Below the pieces are notes generated by a model. The model was not told the origin of the DNA, made no database searches, and saw nothing but the letters and a program-made list of their open reading frames with translations. From Thermococcus kodakarensis KOD1 (GTDB lineage: Archaea > Methanobacteriota_B > Thermococci > Thermococcales > Thermococcaceae), in the NCBI RefSeq assembly GCF_000009965.1, contig NC_006624.1, positions 1,140,001-1,172,000 on the forward strand: a stretch of DNA of 32,000 nt. The letters are read 5' to 3'. The position numbers were made by a program, and so were the translations under genes. Shown here piece by piece: positions 1 through 9,271 of this stretch (position 1 is its first letter; every line of letters begins with the position of its first letter).

Positions 1-1
1 G

Positions 2-2431
2 CAGTATGCTTATGGGGTAAGCTTTCCATTCGATGCGGTCAATATCTTTGACAGCGCGGATGAGATACTGCAGGCCCTTGATTACTGGGCAAGTTACGTC
101 GCCACTGCGACGAACAACGAGACCTATTATCAGTGGGTCAACGAGACATATTTGAGCAACGAGACCTTCATACAGGGTCTGAAGCAGACCTTTATGCCCT
201 ACACTGAGACCAAAGCGTTTTATGACTTCACCAAGGAAACCGGCTGGTGGGAAGTTTGGTCCAAGTACATTGAGGTCAAGTATGGAAGGACATATTCGTT
301 AATTAAAGGTGGCCACGCTGTAACCATCGTGGGCTACGATGACAGAGTCAAAACCGCAGACGGATATGGCGTTGTTAGGATAGCGAACTCTTGGGGCCAG
401 AACTGGGGAGATGGGGGATACTTCTACATGAGCTACGAGGACATTCGGTTTGGAGAGGAATCGTTCCAACTGGCATGGGTATACGTTCCTAAGGCGGCCA
501 ACTACCAGCCGAAGCTCATGAGCGTCGTCGGCATAGCTCACCCCTTAAGAGGAGAGGTCATTGATGGGACCTACGATCCAAGCACGTATATGCCAGTTCA
601 CGAAGCTGGTATCCCGATAGTTGCAGAAGTAAATGGAACTCCAGTGTGGGGCATGAACTTTTTGGACTTCTACCATGATTACCTCCCTGAAAACGTCATT
701 CCGTACCTTGCCAACAACCGTACTCTCCTTTATCGGAAACTTCCACAGGCTCACCCGTTCCCGAACAGCCCGATGGCATTCGACGTAAGTGGGCTTGGTG
801 AAGGGTTAGCTTATTACATGGAAGAAACGGGTGATGCGCCAACTTACATGACTATCTACACAAACGTAAGCGATATAATCCCAGACAACATAACAGGTGA
901 AATCTACAATTTCACACTTCTCTACCAGGGCCCGACCGGCGACTACATGCTTCTCGCCTCGGCTGATATAACCAATGGAACCATTCCCGACGGCGGATGG
1001 AAAGTTATCCCCATCGAGGTTCCGATAGTGCAGTACGGAAGCCTCACACTTTCAAATAGCTCAACAATAAACTTCGGCAACTTCAGCGTTGACGTGCTCA
1101 GCCTCGTCCCGCTCAAGGGCGCCTACGTCAGCATTGACGGAAAGGAGTACCAGCTCAGCGAGGAGAACGGTGGCTACTACTTCTACGGTACGGAAATAGA
1201 CCAGAAGCTTAAGCTCCCTGCTGGAACATACAACTACACAGTCGTCGTCGTTTACCCGAATGGTAAGGAGGTCGCTCTTCCGACCAGAACAGTTACCATC
1301 GAAGGCCCAACGGTTGACATCCTATCCCCAGTTAACACAGTTTACAACACCTCAACCGTTGAGGTAGTTGTTAACGTTACCGACCCGTACGCCACCGTGA
1401 CAAACGTTAAGGCCTACCTCAATGGGAAGCCCCTGAACCTGACGGCAAGCGGATCACTCTACGTTGCTACCCTCACTAACCTAACCAATGGAGAGTACAA
1501 ACTAACTGTGATTGCAAACGACACGACTGGGGCATATGGAATTGCCACCAGGTTATTCGTCGTCCACACAAGCGCCAAGGTAACCGAGGTTATCGTAAAC
1601 AACGAGACCAACGTTACCATCGGCGTCGTCGGCGGAAGCGCCAACGTGACGGCCGAGAACAACACCATCGTTGCTAACGTTTCCACCTCCTCCGGCGAGT
1701 TCACCGTTGAGATCCCAGTTGTGAACAACATACCCGCAGTCGTTGTGAACGCCTCCTCCGTTGACACCGTTGTAGCCGGAGGCAGCAACGCCACCCTGGT
1801 TGCCGGCTGGAACGCAACGTTGACTGAAGTTTCGACGAAGACAACCCCTGTAGATACCAAAGGCAACAAGAAGGTATACTCCGTGACCATAACAGCAAAC
1901 GTTAGCATTGGCGAGAACGGTGTGGCAGTGGTGGCTCTCAGGGATGTCAACATAAGCAAGGTCTATGTTATAAAGAACGGGCAGAAGGTTCAGCTTACCA
2001 CAAACAAGAGCAACTCACTCGGTTACTATTACAAGGAGGGCAATGTTATATTCGTAGTACTCAAAGAGGACCCGATCATTGTGGCGCAGGGAACAAAGGA
2101 AGTAACTGTACCATCAGAGAGCGGCATCTCCATCACGACCCTCAACTTCCTCGGCTACCGCTGGTACAACATATACCACGAGGAGTTCAACGAGACCTAC
2201 CAGAAGGCCCTCGAACTCGGTGTGGACAACGAAACCCTCCAGAAGGCCCTAGAGCTCCACAAGGAGGCCGAGAAGTACTACGAAGAGGCCATTGAGATCA
2301 CCGACGGCAACATACTCGCGTACCTCAGCGACCCGAGACTCATAAGGCCACTGCGCCTGGCGTACCTCAACGAGATGAAGGCAGTGAAGCTGCTCCTTGA
2401 AGCCATCGAGGAGCTTGAGGCCCAGGGCTGA
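2..2431 (+). CDS. Papain-like (C1 family) cysteine peptidase, 5'-truncated by the window edge, with a long sequon-rich beta-type C-terminal region and a helical tail
   Basis: The reading frame is open from nt 2, with no stop before the TTG at 152 that the ORF track uses, so the gene starts off-window. GGHAVTIVGYDD (catalytic His block) and NSWGQNWGDGGYFYMSY (Asn-Ser-Trp block) form the C-terminal half of a C1 peptidase fold. About 600 further residues are rich in N-x-S/T sequons and V/T. The tail is helical and contains a duplicated QKALEL motif. Confidence 0.8.
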   Translation, partial: QYAYGVSFPFDAVNIFDSADEILQALDYWASYVATATNNETYYQWVNETYLSNETFIQGLKQTFMPYTETKAFYDFTKETGWWEVWSKYIEVKYGRTYSLIKGGHAVTIVGYDDRVKTADGYGVVRIANSWGQNWGDGGYFYMSYEDIRFGEESFQLAWVYVPKAANYQPKLMSVVGIAHPLRGEVIDGTYDPSTYMPVHEAGIPIVAEVNGTPVWGMNFLDFYHDYLPENVIPYLANNRTLLYRKLPQAHPFPNSPMAFDVSGLGEGLAYYMEETGDAPTYMTIYTNVSDIIPDNITGEIYNFTLLYQGPTGDYMLLASADITNGTIPDGGWKVIPIEVPIVQYGSLTLSNSSTINFGNFSVDVLSLVPLKGAYVSIDGKEYQLSEENGGYYFYGTEIDQKLKLPAGTYNYTVVVVYPNGKEVALPTRTVTIEGPTVDILSPVNTVYNTSTVEVVVNVTDPYATVTNVKAYLNGKPLNLTASGSLYVATLTNLTNGEYKLTVIANDTTGAYGIATRLFVVHTSAKVTEVIVNNETNVTIGVVGGSANVTAENNTIVANVSTSSGEFTVEIPVVNNIPAVVVNASSVDTVVAGGSNATLVAGWNATLTEVSTKTTPVDTKGNKKVYSVTITANVSIGENGVAVVALRDVNISKVYVIKNGQKVQLTTNKSNSLGYYYKEGNVIFVVLKEDPIIVAQGTKEVTVPSESGISITTLNFLGYRWYNIYHEEFNETYQKALELGVDNETLQKALELHKEAEKYYEEAIEITDGNILAYLSDPRLIRPLRLAYLNEMKAVKLLLEAIEELEAQG

Positions 2432-2435
2432 AACC

Positions 2436-2461
2436 TTTTTAACCTCTTTTCTTCCTTTTCT
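2436..2461 (+). terminator. Oligo-T archaeal terminator region after the peptidase gene
   Basis: The sequence cctttttaacctcttttcttccttttc follows the TGA at 2429-2431 directly. The TTTTTAA inside it probably also serves as the TATA box for the next gene. Confidence 0.45.
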
Positions 2462-2473
2462 CCCGGTGGTCAA

Positions 2474-2773
2474 ATGATATATGTGAAGGTCTATCGCGTT
2501 CAGGGGGAGGTTCTTCTCGCCGCTTGCGATGAGGAGCTGCTTGGGAAGACATTCAGGGAGGGGGAGTTGAAGCTTGAGGTCAAGGAGCGCTTTTATAGGG
2601 GCGAACTCGTCGAGGAAGATCGCTTGAAAGAGCTTTTGGACGAGGCAACGATAGCAAACCTTACCGGCGAACGCTGCGTCTCGAAGGCGATAGAGCTCGG
2701 GTATGTCGATCCTGAAAGAGTCCTGAGAATCCAGGGTGTCCCGCATGCCCAGATGGCGAGGCTCTTCTTCTGA
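2474..2773 (+). CDS. DUF424 family protein (small conserved archaeal protein)
   Basis: The 99-aa product starts MIYVKVYRVQGEVLLAACDEELLGK, which I recognise as the DUF424 pattern of Thermococcales. A GGTGG ribosome-binding site lies 4 nt before the ATG. Confidence 0.7.
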   Translation: MIYVKVYRVQGEVLLAACDEELLGKTFREGELKLEVKERFYRGELVEEDRLKELLDEATIANLTGERCVSKAIELGYVDPERVLRIQGVPHAQMARLFF

Positions 2774-2809
2774 GTTAGGTTTTTAACTTCTCGTCTGGCA
2801 CTCTCTCCG

Positions 2810-3991
2810 GTGAGAGCTGTGAGCGAGCGCTTTTGTTATAGATGTGGGATAAGCGAGAGAGAAGGTGGGCCCCTCATTGAGGGTCTCTGTCAGGTGTGCT
2901 ACCGGAAGGAAAATCCCGTCCTTCTTATCGAGAACGAAATAAACACGGAGCTCTGCCAGAACTGCGGGAGCTACAAGAAGAGAGGAGTGTGGGTTGATCC
3001 CCACAGCTACGAACTTGAGGAGCTCATCTTTGAGGTTGCCGAAAACGCCCTGCTTGAAGCCCTTGAGGATTCCTTCAGCGACAAAATCCGCGAGTACGAG
3101 GTCGTATCACCTGAGGAGCTTGAAGAAACGGAGGAAATCCCCGTCGGCAGAGCAATCGTTTCATTTGAGCCCGTGGATTACCATATAGAGTACTTCCCGG
3201 CGATAATAACGTACGAAGTTCGTGTTAAGGCCAGAACCCACGAGCTTCAGCGAGAGCTACACGACGAGCGGAAGAAAGTTACAGTATACGTTCGCCAGAC
3301 CGTCTGCCCGCGCTGTCAGAAGTTCCTCGGTGGTTATTTCGAGGCGATACTTCAGGTCAGGGCAGAGGACAGACCTCTAACGGAGGAAGAAAGAAAGGCC
3401 ATCGGGAAGCTCGTCGAGGAGAAAGTGGATGAGATAATGCGCAAGGACAGGATGGGCTTCATACAGGACACGATAGAGAAGGAGGAAGGACTGGACTTCT
3501 ATATGGGATCAACCAGCGCCGCGAGGAAGCTGGCCCAGGCCATAAAGGAGCGCTTCGGTGGAAAGATAAGCGAGGCCTACGAGCTAGTGGGCATGGACAG
3601 GCAGACGAGCAGAGAGGTTTACAGGACGAGCGTCAGCGTCAGAATACCCAAGTTCCAGAGAGGAGATATAGTCACGGACAAGCGGGGAACCGTTTACGAA
3701 GTCGAGAGGGTTGACGGCAAGGGCATGACCCTGCGCAATCTCTCCACGGGGGAGAGCGAGCACAAGGACTGGAAGACCCTCAGCAGGGAGGGAGTTGATA
3801 CAGTCGAGCACGAGGAGAGCGAGGCGATGGTTACGAGCATAGGGAGGGACGAAGTCCAGCTCATGGATATGGAGAGCTATGAGACCTACGAAATTGAAAA
3901 GCCAGGAGTTGAGCTTACCGAGGGCGATGTTTACAGAGTTGTCTCTGTAAAGGGGAAGCGCTACATCCGTGGAAGAAAGGAGGGGGAGTAA
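2810..3991 (+). CDS. nmd3: NMD3 family protein (archaeal homolog of the 60S subunit export/biogenesis adaptor)
   Basis: Four Cys pairs are present: CYRCG...CQVC, CQNCG and CPRCQ. The C-terminal SH3/OB-like part contains VQLMDMESYETYEI, which resembles the aIF5A OB domain. The start is ambiguous: GTG at 2810 would be leaderless, while GTG at 2819 lies 5 nt after a GGTGA. Confidence 0.85.
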   Translation: MRAVSERFCYRCGISEREGGPLIEGLCQVCYRKENPVLLIENEINTELCQNCGSYKKRGVWVDPHSYELEELIFEVAENALLEALEDSFSDKIREYEVVSPEELEETEEIPVGRAIVSFEPVDYHIEYFPAIITYEVRVKARTHELQRELHDERKKVTVYVRQTVCPRCQKFLGGYFEAILQVRAEDRPLTEEERKAIGKLVEEKVDEIMRKDRMGFIQDTIEKEEGLDFYMGSTSAARKLAQAIKERFGGKISEAYELVGMDRQTSREVYRTSVSVRIPKFQRGDIVTDKRGTVYEVERVDGKGMTLRNLSTGESEHKDWKTLSREGVDTVEHEESEAMVTSIGRDEVQLMDMESYETYEIEKPGVELTEGDVYRVVSVKGKRYIRGRKEGE

Positions 3992-5058
3992 TGAGGGTTA
4001 TAGGCGTCGACCCCGGAACCAAGAGCTTCGACGTGATAGGGCTTGAAGATGGGAGGATAAAGCTCGACCTCAGCTATCCGAGCGAGGTCGTTGCAGAGGA
4101 TCCTGGAAGGATAGTGAAAGCCATTGAGGAGTTCAACGCGGACATAATCATCGGGCCGAGCGGCTACGGCGTCCCGCTCAAGCACATAAGCGAGCTCACC
4201 GATAGAGACCGCTTTGAGATGACCCTAGTTAGGGAGGAGGAGATGAAGGAAATACCCGTCCTCATCGGCCTCCAGGAGATGGTAAGCCAGATGGCCGAGA
4301 AGGGCATGAACGTCTGGTTCATCCCTGGCGTTATACACCTCCCAACGGTGCCAGAGTGGAGGAAGTACAACAAGATTGACATGGGAACAGCCGACAAGAT
4401 GGCCATAACTGTCCTTGGAATCCACGACCAGGCAAAGAGGCTCGGTATCGATTACGCCGATGTCTCCTTCGTTCTTCTTGAGGTCGGCTTTGGCTACAAC
4501 TACGCTGGAGCTGTTAAGGGCGGAAAGATAGTGGACGGCATTGGTGGTACAATTTTCCCGGGGCCGGCCTATGTGAACAGTGGAGCCCTCGACGGCGAGG
4601 TTGCCTATCTGATGGGCAGCATAAAGAAGTGGCATCTCTTCTGGGGCGGGGCGAGCGTAATAGCGGCCGAAAAGATACTCCCTCCAGAAGAGTTCGCCAA
4701 GAGGCTTGATGAAGAGCCCTTTGCGAAGGCCTGGGAGGCCATGAAGGACGGCTTTGTAAAGGCGGTTGCAAGCGAGCTGGCGGTCGTTGGAGATGCGAGG
4801 GAAATAATCCTCTCCGGCAGGCTGATGCGCATAGACGAGCTTAGAAAAGACGTTGAAGACCTCTTCGAGGAGCACTTTGACCTCCCAGTGGTCAAGCAGA
4901 GGGGCCTTGAGGGCAAGGCGAAGGAGGCCGCCCAGGGAAGCGCGATAATCGGAGACGGTCTGGCAGGGGGCCAGTTCAAGGAACTCGTTGAGCACGTTGA
5001 GATAAAGAAGAGCTATGGAAGCGTTCTAGACTGGGTGAAGCTCCCTCTGGCCCTTTAA
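3991..5058 (+). CDS. DUF1464 family protein (ASKHA/acetate-sugar kinase-like fold)
   Basis: The N-terminal [11 protein letters not shown] resembles an ASKHA phosphate-1 motif, and the 355-aa size fits. The ATG overlaps the NMD3 stop codon by 1 nt (TAATG), which suggests translational coupling. Confidence 0.6.
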
Positions 5059-5083
5059 GGTTTCTCTTTTCTGTCCACCAACA

Positions 5084-5090
5084 TTTTTAA
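5084..5090 (+). promoter_or_regulatory. TATA box (TTTTTAA) of the CoADR/NSR gene
   Basis: The element lies 24-30 nt upstream of the GTG/ATG cluster at 5114-5125, which implies a very short or absent leader. Confidence 0.5.
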
Positions 5091-5105
5091 CCAAAGGTTT
5101 TGAAC
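5089..5105 (+). promoter_or_regulatory. SurR-type operator, AACcaaagGTTttgAAC (reverse complement of GTTn3AACn5GTT)
   Basis: This is an exact match to the extended SurR consensus. It overlaps the 3' edge of the TATA box and extends toward the start of the CoADR/NSR gene, which is repressor-type geometry. Confidence 0.55.
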
Positions 5106-5113
5106 CTTTCCCG

Positions 5114-6451
5114 GTGATGGTGATGGAGAGAAAGACGGTCGTTGTTATAGGTGGTGGAGCCGCTGGAATGAGTACCGCCTCGCGCGTCAAGAGGTTGAAG
5201 CCCGAATGGGACGTCAAGGTCTTCGAGGCAACGGAGTGGGTGAGCCACGCCCCATGCGGTATTCCCTACGTTGTTGAGGGCATCTCGCCCAAGGAGAAGC
5301 TCATGCACTATCCCCCCGAGGTCTTCATCAAGAAGCGCGGCATAGACCTTCACCTGAAGGCCGAGGTAATCGAGGTCGAGCAGGGCAGAGTTAGGGTGAG
5401 GGAGGAGGATGGTGAGAAGACCTATGAGTGGGACTACCTCGTCTTCGCCAACGGCGCTTCACCGCAGGTTCCCGCAATTGAGGGCATCGACCTGCCTGGA
5501 GTCTTCACGGCAGACCTGCCGCCAGATGCCGTTGCAATAACCGAGTACCTTGAGAAAAACCCCGTCGAAAACGTCGTCGTTATTGGAACCGGTTACATAG
5601 CCATTGAGATGGCCGAGGCCTTCGTCGAGAGGGGCAAGAACGTTACACTCATCGGGAGGAGCGAGAGAGTCCTCAGGAAGACCTTCGACAAGGAGATAAC
5701 AGATATAGTTGAGGAAAAGCTCAGAAACCACCTCAACCTCCGCCTTGAAGAGGTCACGCTCAGGATTGAAGGAAAGGAAAGGGTTGAGAGGGTTGTTACC
5801 GATGCCGGCGAGTATCCAGCCGACCTCGTGATAGTGGCGACGGGAATAAAGCCCAACACCGAACTTGCCAGAGGGCTCGGCGTCAGAATAGGTGAGACCG
5901 GTGCCATATGGACAAATGACAGGATGCAGACGAGCGTCGAGAACGTCTATGCCGCTGGAGACGTTGCCGAGACGAAGCACCTGATAACGGGGAGGCGCGT
6001 ATGGATGCCCCTCGCTCCAGCAGGAAACAAGATGGGCTACGTGGCTGGAAGCAACATCGCTGGAAAGGAGATTCACTTCCCAGGAGTTCTTGGCACAAGC
6101 ATAACCAAGTTCCTCGACCTTGAGATTGGAAAGACTGGTCTCACCGAGGCGGAGGCAATGAAGGAGGGCTACGACGTCAGGACGGCCTTTATAAAGGCGG
6201 GAACGAGGCCCCACTACTATCCTGGCTCAAAGACTATATGGCTCAAGGGTGTCGTTGACAACGAAACCAACAGGCTCCTTGGAGTTCAGGCAGTTGGAGG
6301 AGATATTCTTCCGAGAATTGATACAGCGGCGGCAATGATTACGGCGGGCTTCACTACTAAGGACGTCTTCTTCACGGATTTAGCGTACGCACCGCCCTTT
6401 GCGCCGGTCTGGGACCCGCTTATAGTCCTTGCCAGGGTCCTCAAGTTCTGA
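5114..6451 (+). CDS. CoA-disulfide reductase / NAD(P)H:sulfur oxidoreductase (NSR) family flavoprotein
   Basis: The product has the FAD motif [12 protein letters not shown], the single redox Cys motif SHAPCGIPY, a second dinucleotide fold [15 protein letters not shown], and the GD motif AAGDVAE. The true start may be the ATG at 5117 or 5123. Confidence 0.85.
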
Positions 6452-6452
6452 C

Positions 6453-6474
6453 TTTCTTTTTTGCTCTTCTTTTG
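6453..6474 (+). terminator. Oligo-T terminator after the CoADR gene
   Basis: The sequence ctttcttttttgctcttctttt begins 2 nt after the TGA. Confidence 0.5.
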
Positions 6475-6496
6475 TACGGTGATATTGAAGTGGAAA

Positions 6497-6506
6497 GCTT
6501 TAAAGC
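6497..6506 (+). promoter_or_regulatory. BRE/TATA element (AGCTTTAAAG) of the channel gene
   Basis: The TTTAAA core is centred about 27 nt upstream of the ATG at 6529. This argues for a leaderless mRNA and against the TTG start at 6472 used in the ORF track. Confidence 0.5.
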
Positions 6507-6528
6507 GAGTGGTGTCGGTTTTTCTGTG

Positions 6529-7977
6529 ATGTGCGAGTATACCTATGAGAACGGGAAAAAGTGCAGGCTGAAACCGCTGGAAGGCTCAAAGTACTGTGCC
6601 CTCCACATCCCTAGGGAAGAGGGAGAGGCCGTATACGGTGAGAGACTGAAAGAGATCAAGAAAGAGGCCTTTGAGAAAAGGTTGAAAGTTGGCCAGACAT
6701 ATTTTGAGGGCGTTGATCTCTACGATGTAGCGATAAGGGACTTCACAACTGAAAAAGTTCTTGTTTTCAAAAACTCGCGGGTTACAAACCTTATCATGGA
6801 TGCTTCCTCGGTTAGGGGTCTTATCCTGATTAACTCAAAAGTTGAGAGAGTTGTTATTTTCGAAAGCACCCTTGAGACGATTCTTGTAAAAAATTCCACG
6901 GTTTTCGGTCTCAACATTCTTAGGACGGAGTTTTCAAGTCACATCTCAATAAGAGACTCGGAAGTTAGGTACCTTATGATAAACTCGACGCGCTACACGC
7001 CCAAGGGGGAAGTCGGTGAAGAGAAAGCCTATGGGGAGACCGAGAGGATTGTCGGCAACATAGAGATTTCAAACCTTACAGGCGTTAGGAGGATAGGAAT
7101 AAACACCCGCTACCCGCTCCTCAGGGAGATCCTTAAGGAACACGGGATAAACGTATCAGAAAGCAAGGAGCGGAGCGTTAGGGCGCGGAATCTGATAATA
7201 AGGGATGTCTCCTTTGACGTGTCCCCTCGCTATAAGAGAAGGGTGAGGCTTACCGTTGCAGGTTTTCATGGCAGGCTGCACCTTGAGAACCTCGAGGTTT
7301 TTGGCCACATTGAAATCCGGAAGAGCTACCTGGTCTCCCCGGAGTTCGTCCACGTCAAAGTTGAGAGTAACCTAGTGCTAAGGGGCACCTCGATCCACAC
7401 CGACTCTACTTGGGGCATGACAGTTCTTCCCAACCTTCCGATAGAGCTTGAAGTGGGTGGTTTCATTATAGTAGAGGACTGTAGGTTCAACAATCCCCGT
7501 GCGGAGGAACTTTTCTACCGTCTCGCGAGGACGAGCTGGGAAAAGAGTGGAGACTTTGACAGGGCTGACGAGTACTACTACCTTGAGATGCTGGCGAAGA
7601 GAAAGGCCAAGCTCCAGTCGAGGAAAAAGGGGTTGAAAAGGATCATCAACACAGCAGAGGTTTGGTTTGAATGGCTCTTCGCAGATCTAACCTGCAAATA
7701 TGGAACGGACTGGAAAAGACCTATTCTCCTCTGGCTGGGAGCCGTTAACGTCATTTTTCCCCTACTGTTCTGGGCGACGAAGAGTGTTGAGGGTCTCTCA
7801 AGCTCTCTCAGCTTCCTCGACTACGAGTACTTCAGCATCGTTACTGCCACAACCCTCGGCTACGGCGACTACCATCCCTTCGGCGTTGGCAGGATTATAG
7901 CGTCGGTCGAGGCACTCTTTGGAATGTTCATGTGGGCCGTCTTCCTCACAGTCTTCGCTAGGAAGTACATGAGGTAG
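6529..7977 (+). CDS. Two-TM potassium channel pore domain fused to a large N-terminal cytoplasmic repeat (beta-helix/pentapeptide-like) domain
   Basis: The C-terminus carries the K+ selectivity filter TATTLGYGD between two hydrophobic helices (ILLWLGAVNVIFPLLFW and ALFGMFMWAVFLTVF). The N-terminus has a Cys/His cluster (CEYTYENGKKCRLKPLEGSKYCALH). This is followed by about 300 aa of degenerate 20-25-aa repeats such as NSRVTNLIMDASSVRGLILINSKVERVVIFESTLETILVKNSTV. Confidence 0.75.
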   Translation: MCEYTYENGKKCRLKPLEGSKYCALHIPREEGEAVYGERLKEIKKEAFEKRLKVGQTYFEGVDLYDVAIRDFTTEKVLVFKNSRVTNLIMDASSVRGLILINSKVERVVIFESTLETILVKNSTVFGLNILRTEFSSHISIRDSEVRYLMINSTRYTPKGEVGEEKAYGETERIVGNIEISNLTGVRRIGINTRYPLLREILKEHGINVSESKERSVRARNLIIRDVSFDVSPRYKRRVRLTVAGFHGRLHLENLEVFGHIEIRKSYLVSPEFVHVKVESNLVLRGTSIHTDSTWGMTVLPNLPIELEVGGFIIVEDCRFNNPRAEELFYRLARTSWEKSGDFDRADEYYYLEMLAKRKAKLQSRKKGLKRIINTAEVWFEWLFADLTCKYGTDWKRPILLWLGAVNVIFPLLFWATKSVEGLSSSLSFLDYEYFSIVTATTLGYGDYHPFGVGRIIASVEALFGMFMWAVFLTVFARKYMR

Positions 7978-8022
7978 GGCAAGCTTTAAGCACACATCCC
8001 TCTACCTTTATCGGGGGTAGAA

Positions 8023-9168
8023 ATGAGGAAGCTCAGAGTTGGGTTCATAGTCAATCCGATAGCCGGAATGGGCGGTAGAGTAGCGCTGAAGGGGACCGAT
8101 GGTGTTGTTGATGAGGCGATAAGGAGGGGGGCGAGGCCAGTAGCTCCTGAAGTTGCCCGCCTGTTCCTGAGTGAGCTGAAGCACTACAAGGAGGCTGAGA
8201 GTTTTGAATTTCTAACAGGGCCCGGCCCTCTTGGGGAGGACTACCTTAGAGAGTTTGGGTTCGTCTTTGATGTAATCAGGCACAGGGAGATTGGCTACCG
8301 TGAGATTGAAGGAGTGAAAATCCCGGACACCACTTCGGAAGACACGAAAATCCTCGCCCGTGAAATGCTCGAAAAAGTTGATATAATAGTCTTCGCCGGC
8401 GGTGACGGCACTGCGAGGGACGTTCATTCCGTCCTTGGCAAAAAAGTCCCAATCCTAGGCGTGCCCACTGGCGTGAAGATGTTCTCCGGTGTTTTCGCGG
8501 CCTCGCCTGAAAGTGCCGCCAGAGTTCTCGTAGAATTTGCCAGCGGGAGGGCCAGACTGGAAGAGAGGGACGTCATGGACCTCGACGAAGACGCATATAG
8601 GAGGGATGAGGTCAGGCCAAAGCACTACGGGAAGGCCCTGACGCCCGTCGTTGAGCTGCTTGTCCAGGGGGCAAAGGAGCCGCAGAAAGTCGATGAGAGC
8701 GAGACCCTTGAGGCCATAGCCGATGCGGTGGCTGAGGAGATTTTGAGCGGGGACGGAATCTACTTTCTTGGGGCAGGTTCGACAATAAAAAGAATAAAGG
8801 ACAGGCTGGGGGTAAACGGGACGTTGCTCGGGGTTGACGTTGTGGAAGTAAAGGACGGAAAGGCCAGGCTCCTCGTGAAGGACGCGGCTGAAAAAGACCT
8901 CCTACGCTTTGTCGATAAAAACCCGAGGATAGTCGTTACGGTGATAGGCGGTCTTAACTTCCTCTTCGGCAGGGGAAACCAGCAGTTCTCCGCTGAGGTT
9001 TTGAGAAGGATTCCGAAGGAGAACATCATCGTCGTTGCTACTCCATCGAAGGTGGAAAACGGAGTTATCCGTGTGTACACGGGAGATAAAGAGGTTGATG
9101 AAAAACTCAGGGGCTACATCAGGGTCAGGGTCTCTCCCTGGATGGAGAAGATGGTAAAGGTTATCTGA
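8023..9168 (+). CDS. ATP-NAD kinase family protein (COG3199-type predicted polyphosphate/ATP-NAD kinase)
   Basis: The N-terminal FIVNPIAGMGGRVALKGTDG and the diacylglycerol/NAD-kinase signature FAGGDGTARD are present. A TATA element (AAGCTTTAAG) lies at 7981-7990 and a GGGGGT ribosome-binding site precedes the ATG. Confidence 0.75.
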   Translation: MRKLRVGFIVNPIAGMGGRVALKGTDGVVDEAIRRGARPVAPEVARLFLSELKHYKEAESFEFLTGPGPLGEDYLREFGFVFDVIRHREIGYREIEGVKIPDTTSEDTKILAREMLEKVDIIVFAGGDGTARDVHSVLGKKVPILGVPTGVKMFSGVFAASPESAARVLVEFASGRARLEERDVMDLDEDAYRRDEVRPKHYGKALTPVVELLVQGAKEPQKVDESETLEAIADAVAEEILSGDGIYFLGAGSTIKRIKDRLGVNGTLLGVDVVEVKDGKARLLVKDAAEKDLLRFVDKNPRIVVTVIGGLNFLFGRGNQQFSAEVLRRIPKENIIVVATPSKVENGVIRVYTGDKEVDEKLRGYIRVRVSPWMEKMVKVI

Positions 9169-9271
9169 CCTTTTAATTTTCTTGCTGGAATGTGTTTGAG
9201 AATATGAGTCCCTCTTGATTAAAATTCTCACGAAAACATTTTAAAGCACTTCTTATCGAAAGTTTTACCGG

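Noticed and set aside
2779-2787. A GTTtttAAC match to the minimal SurR half-motif upstream of NMD3.
   Set aside because: It coincides with the TATA box (GGTTTTTAAC) and lacks the extended n5-GTT arm. Such a match is expected by chance in T/A-rich promoter cores.
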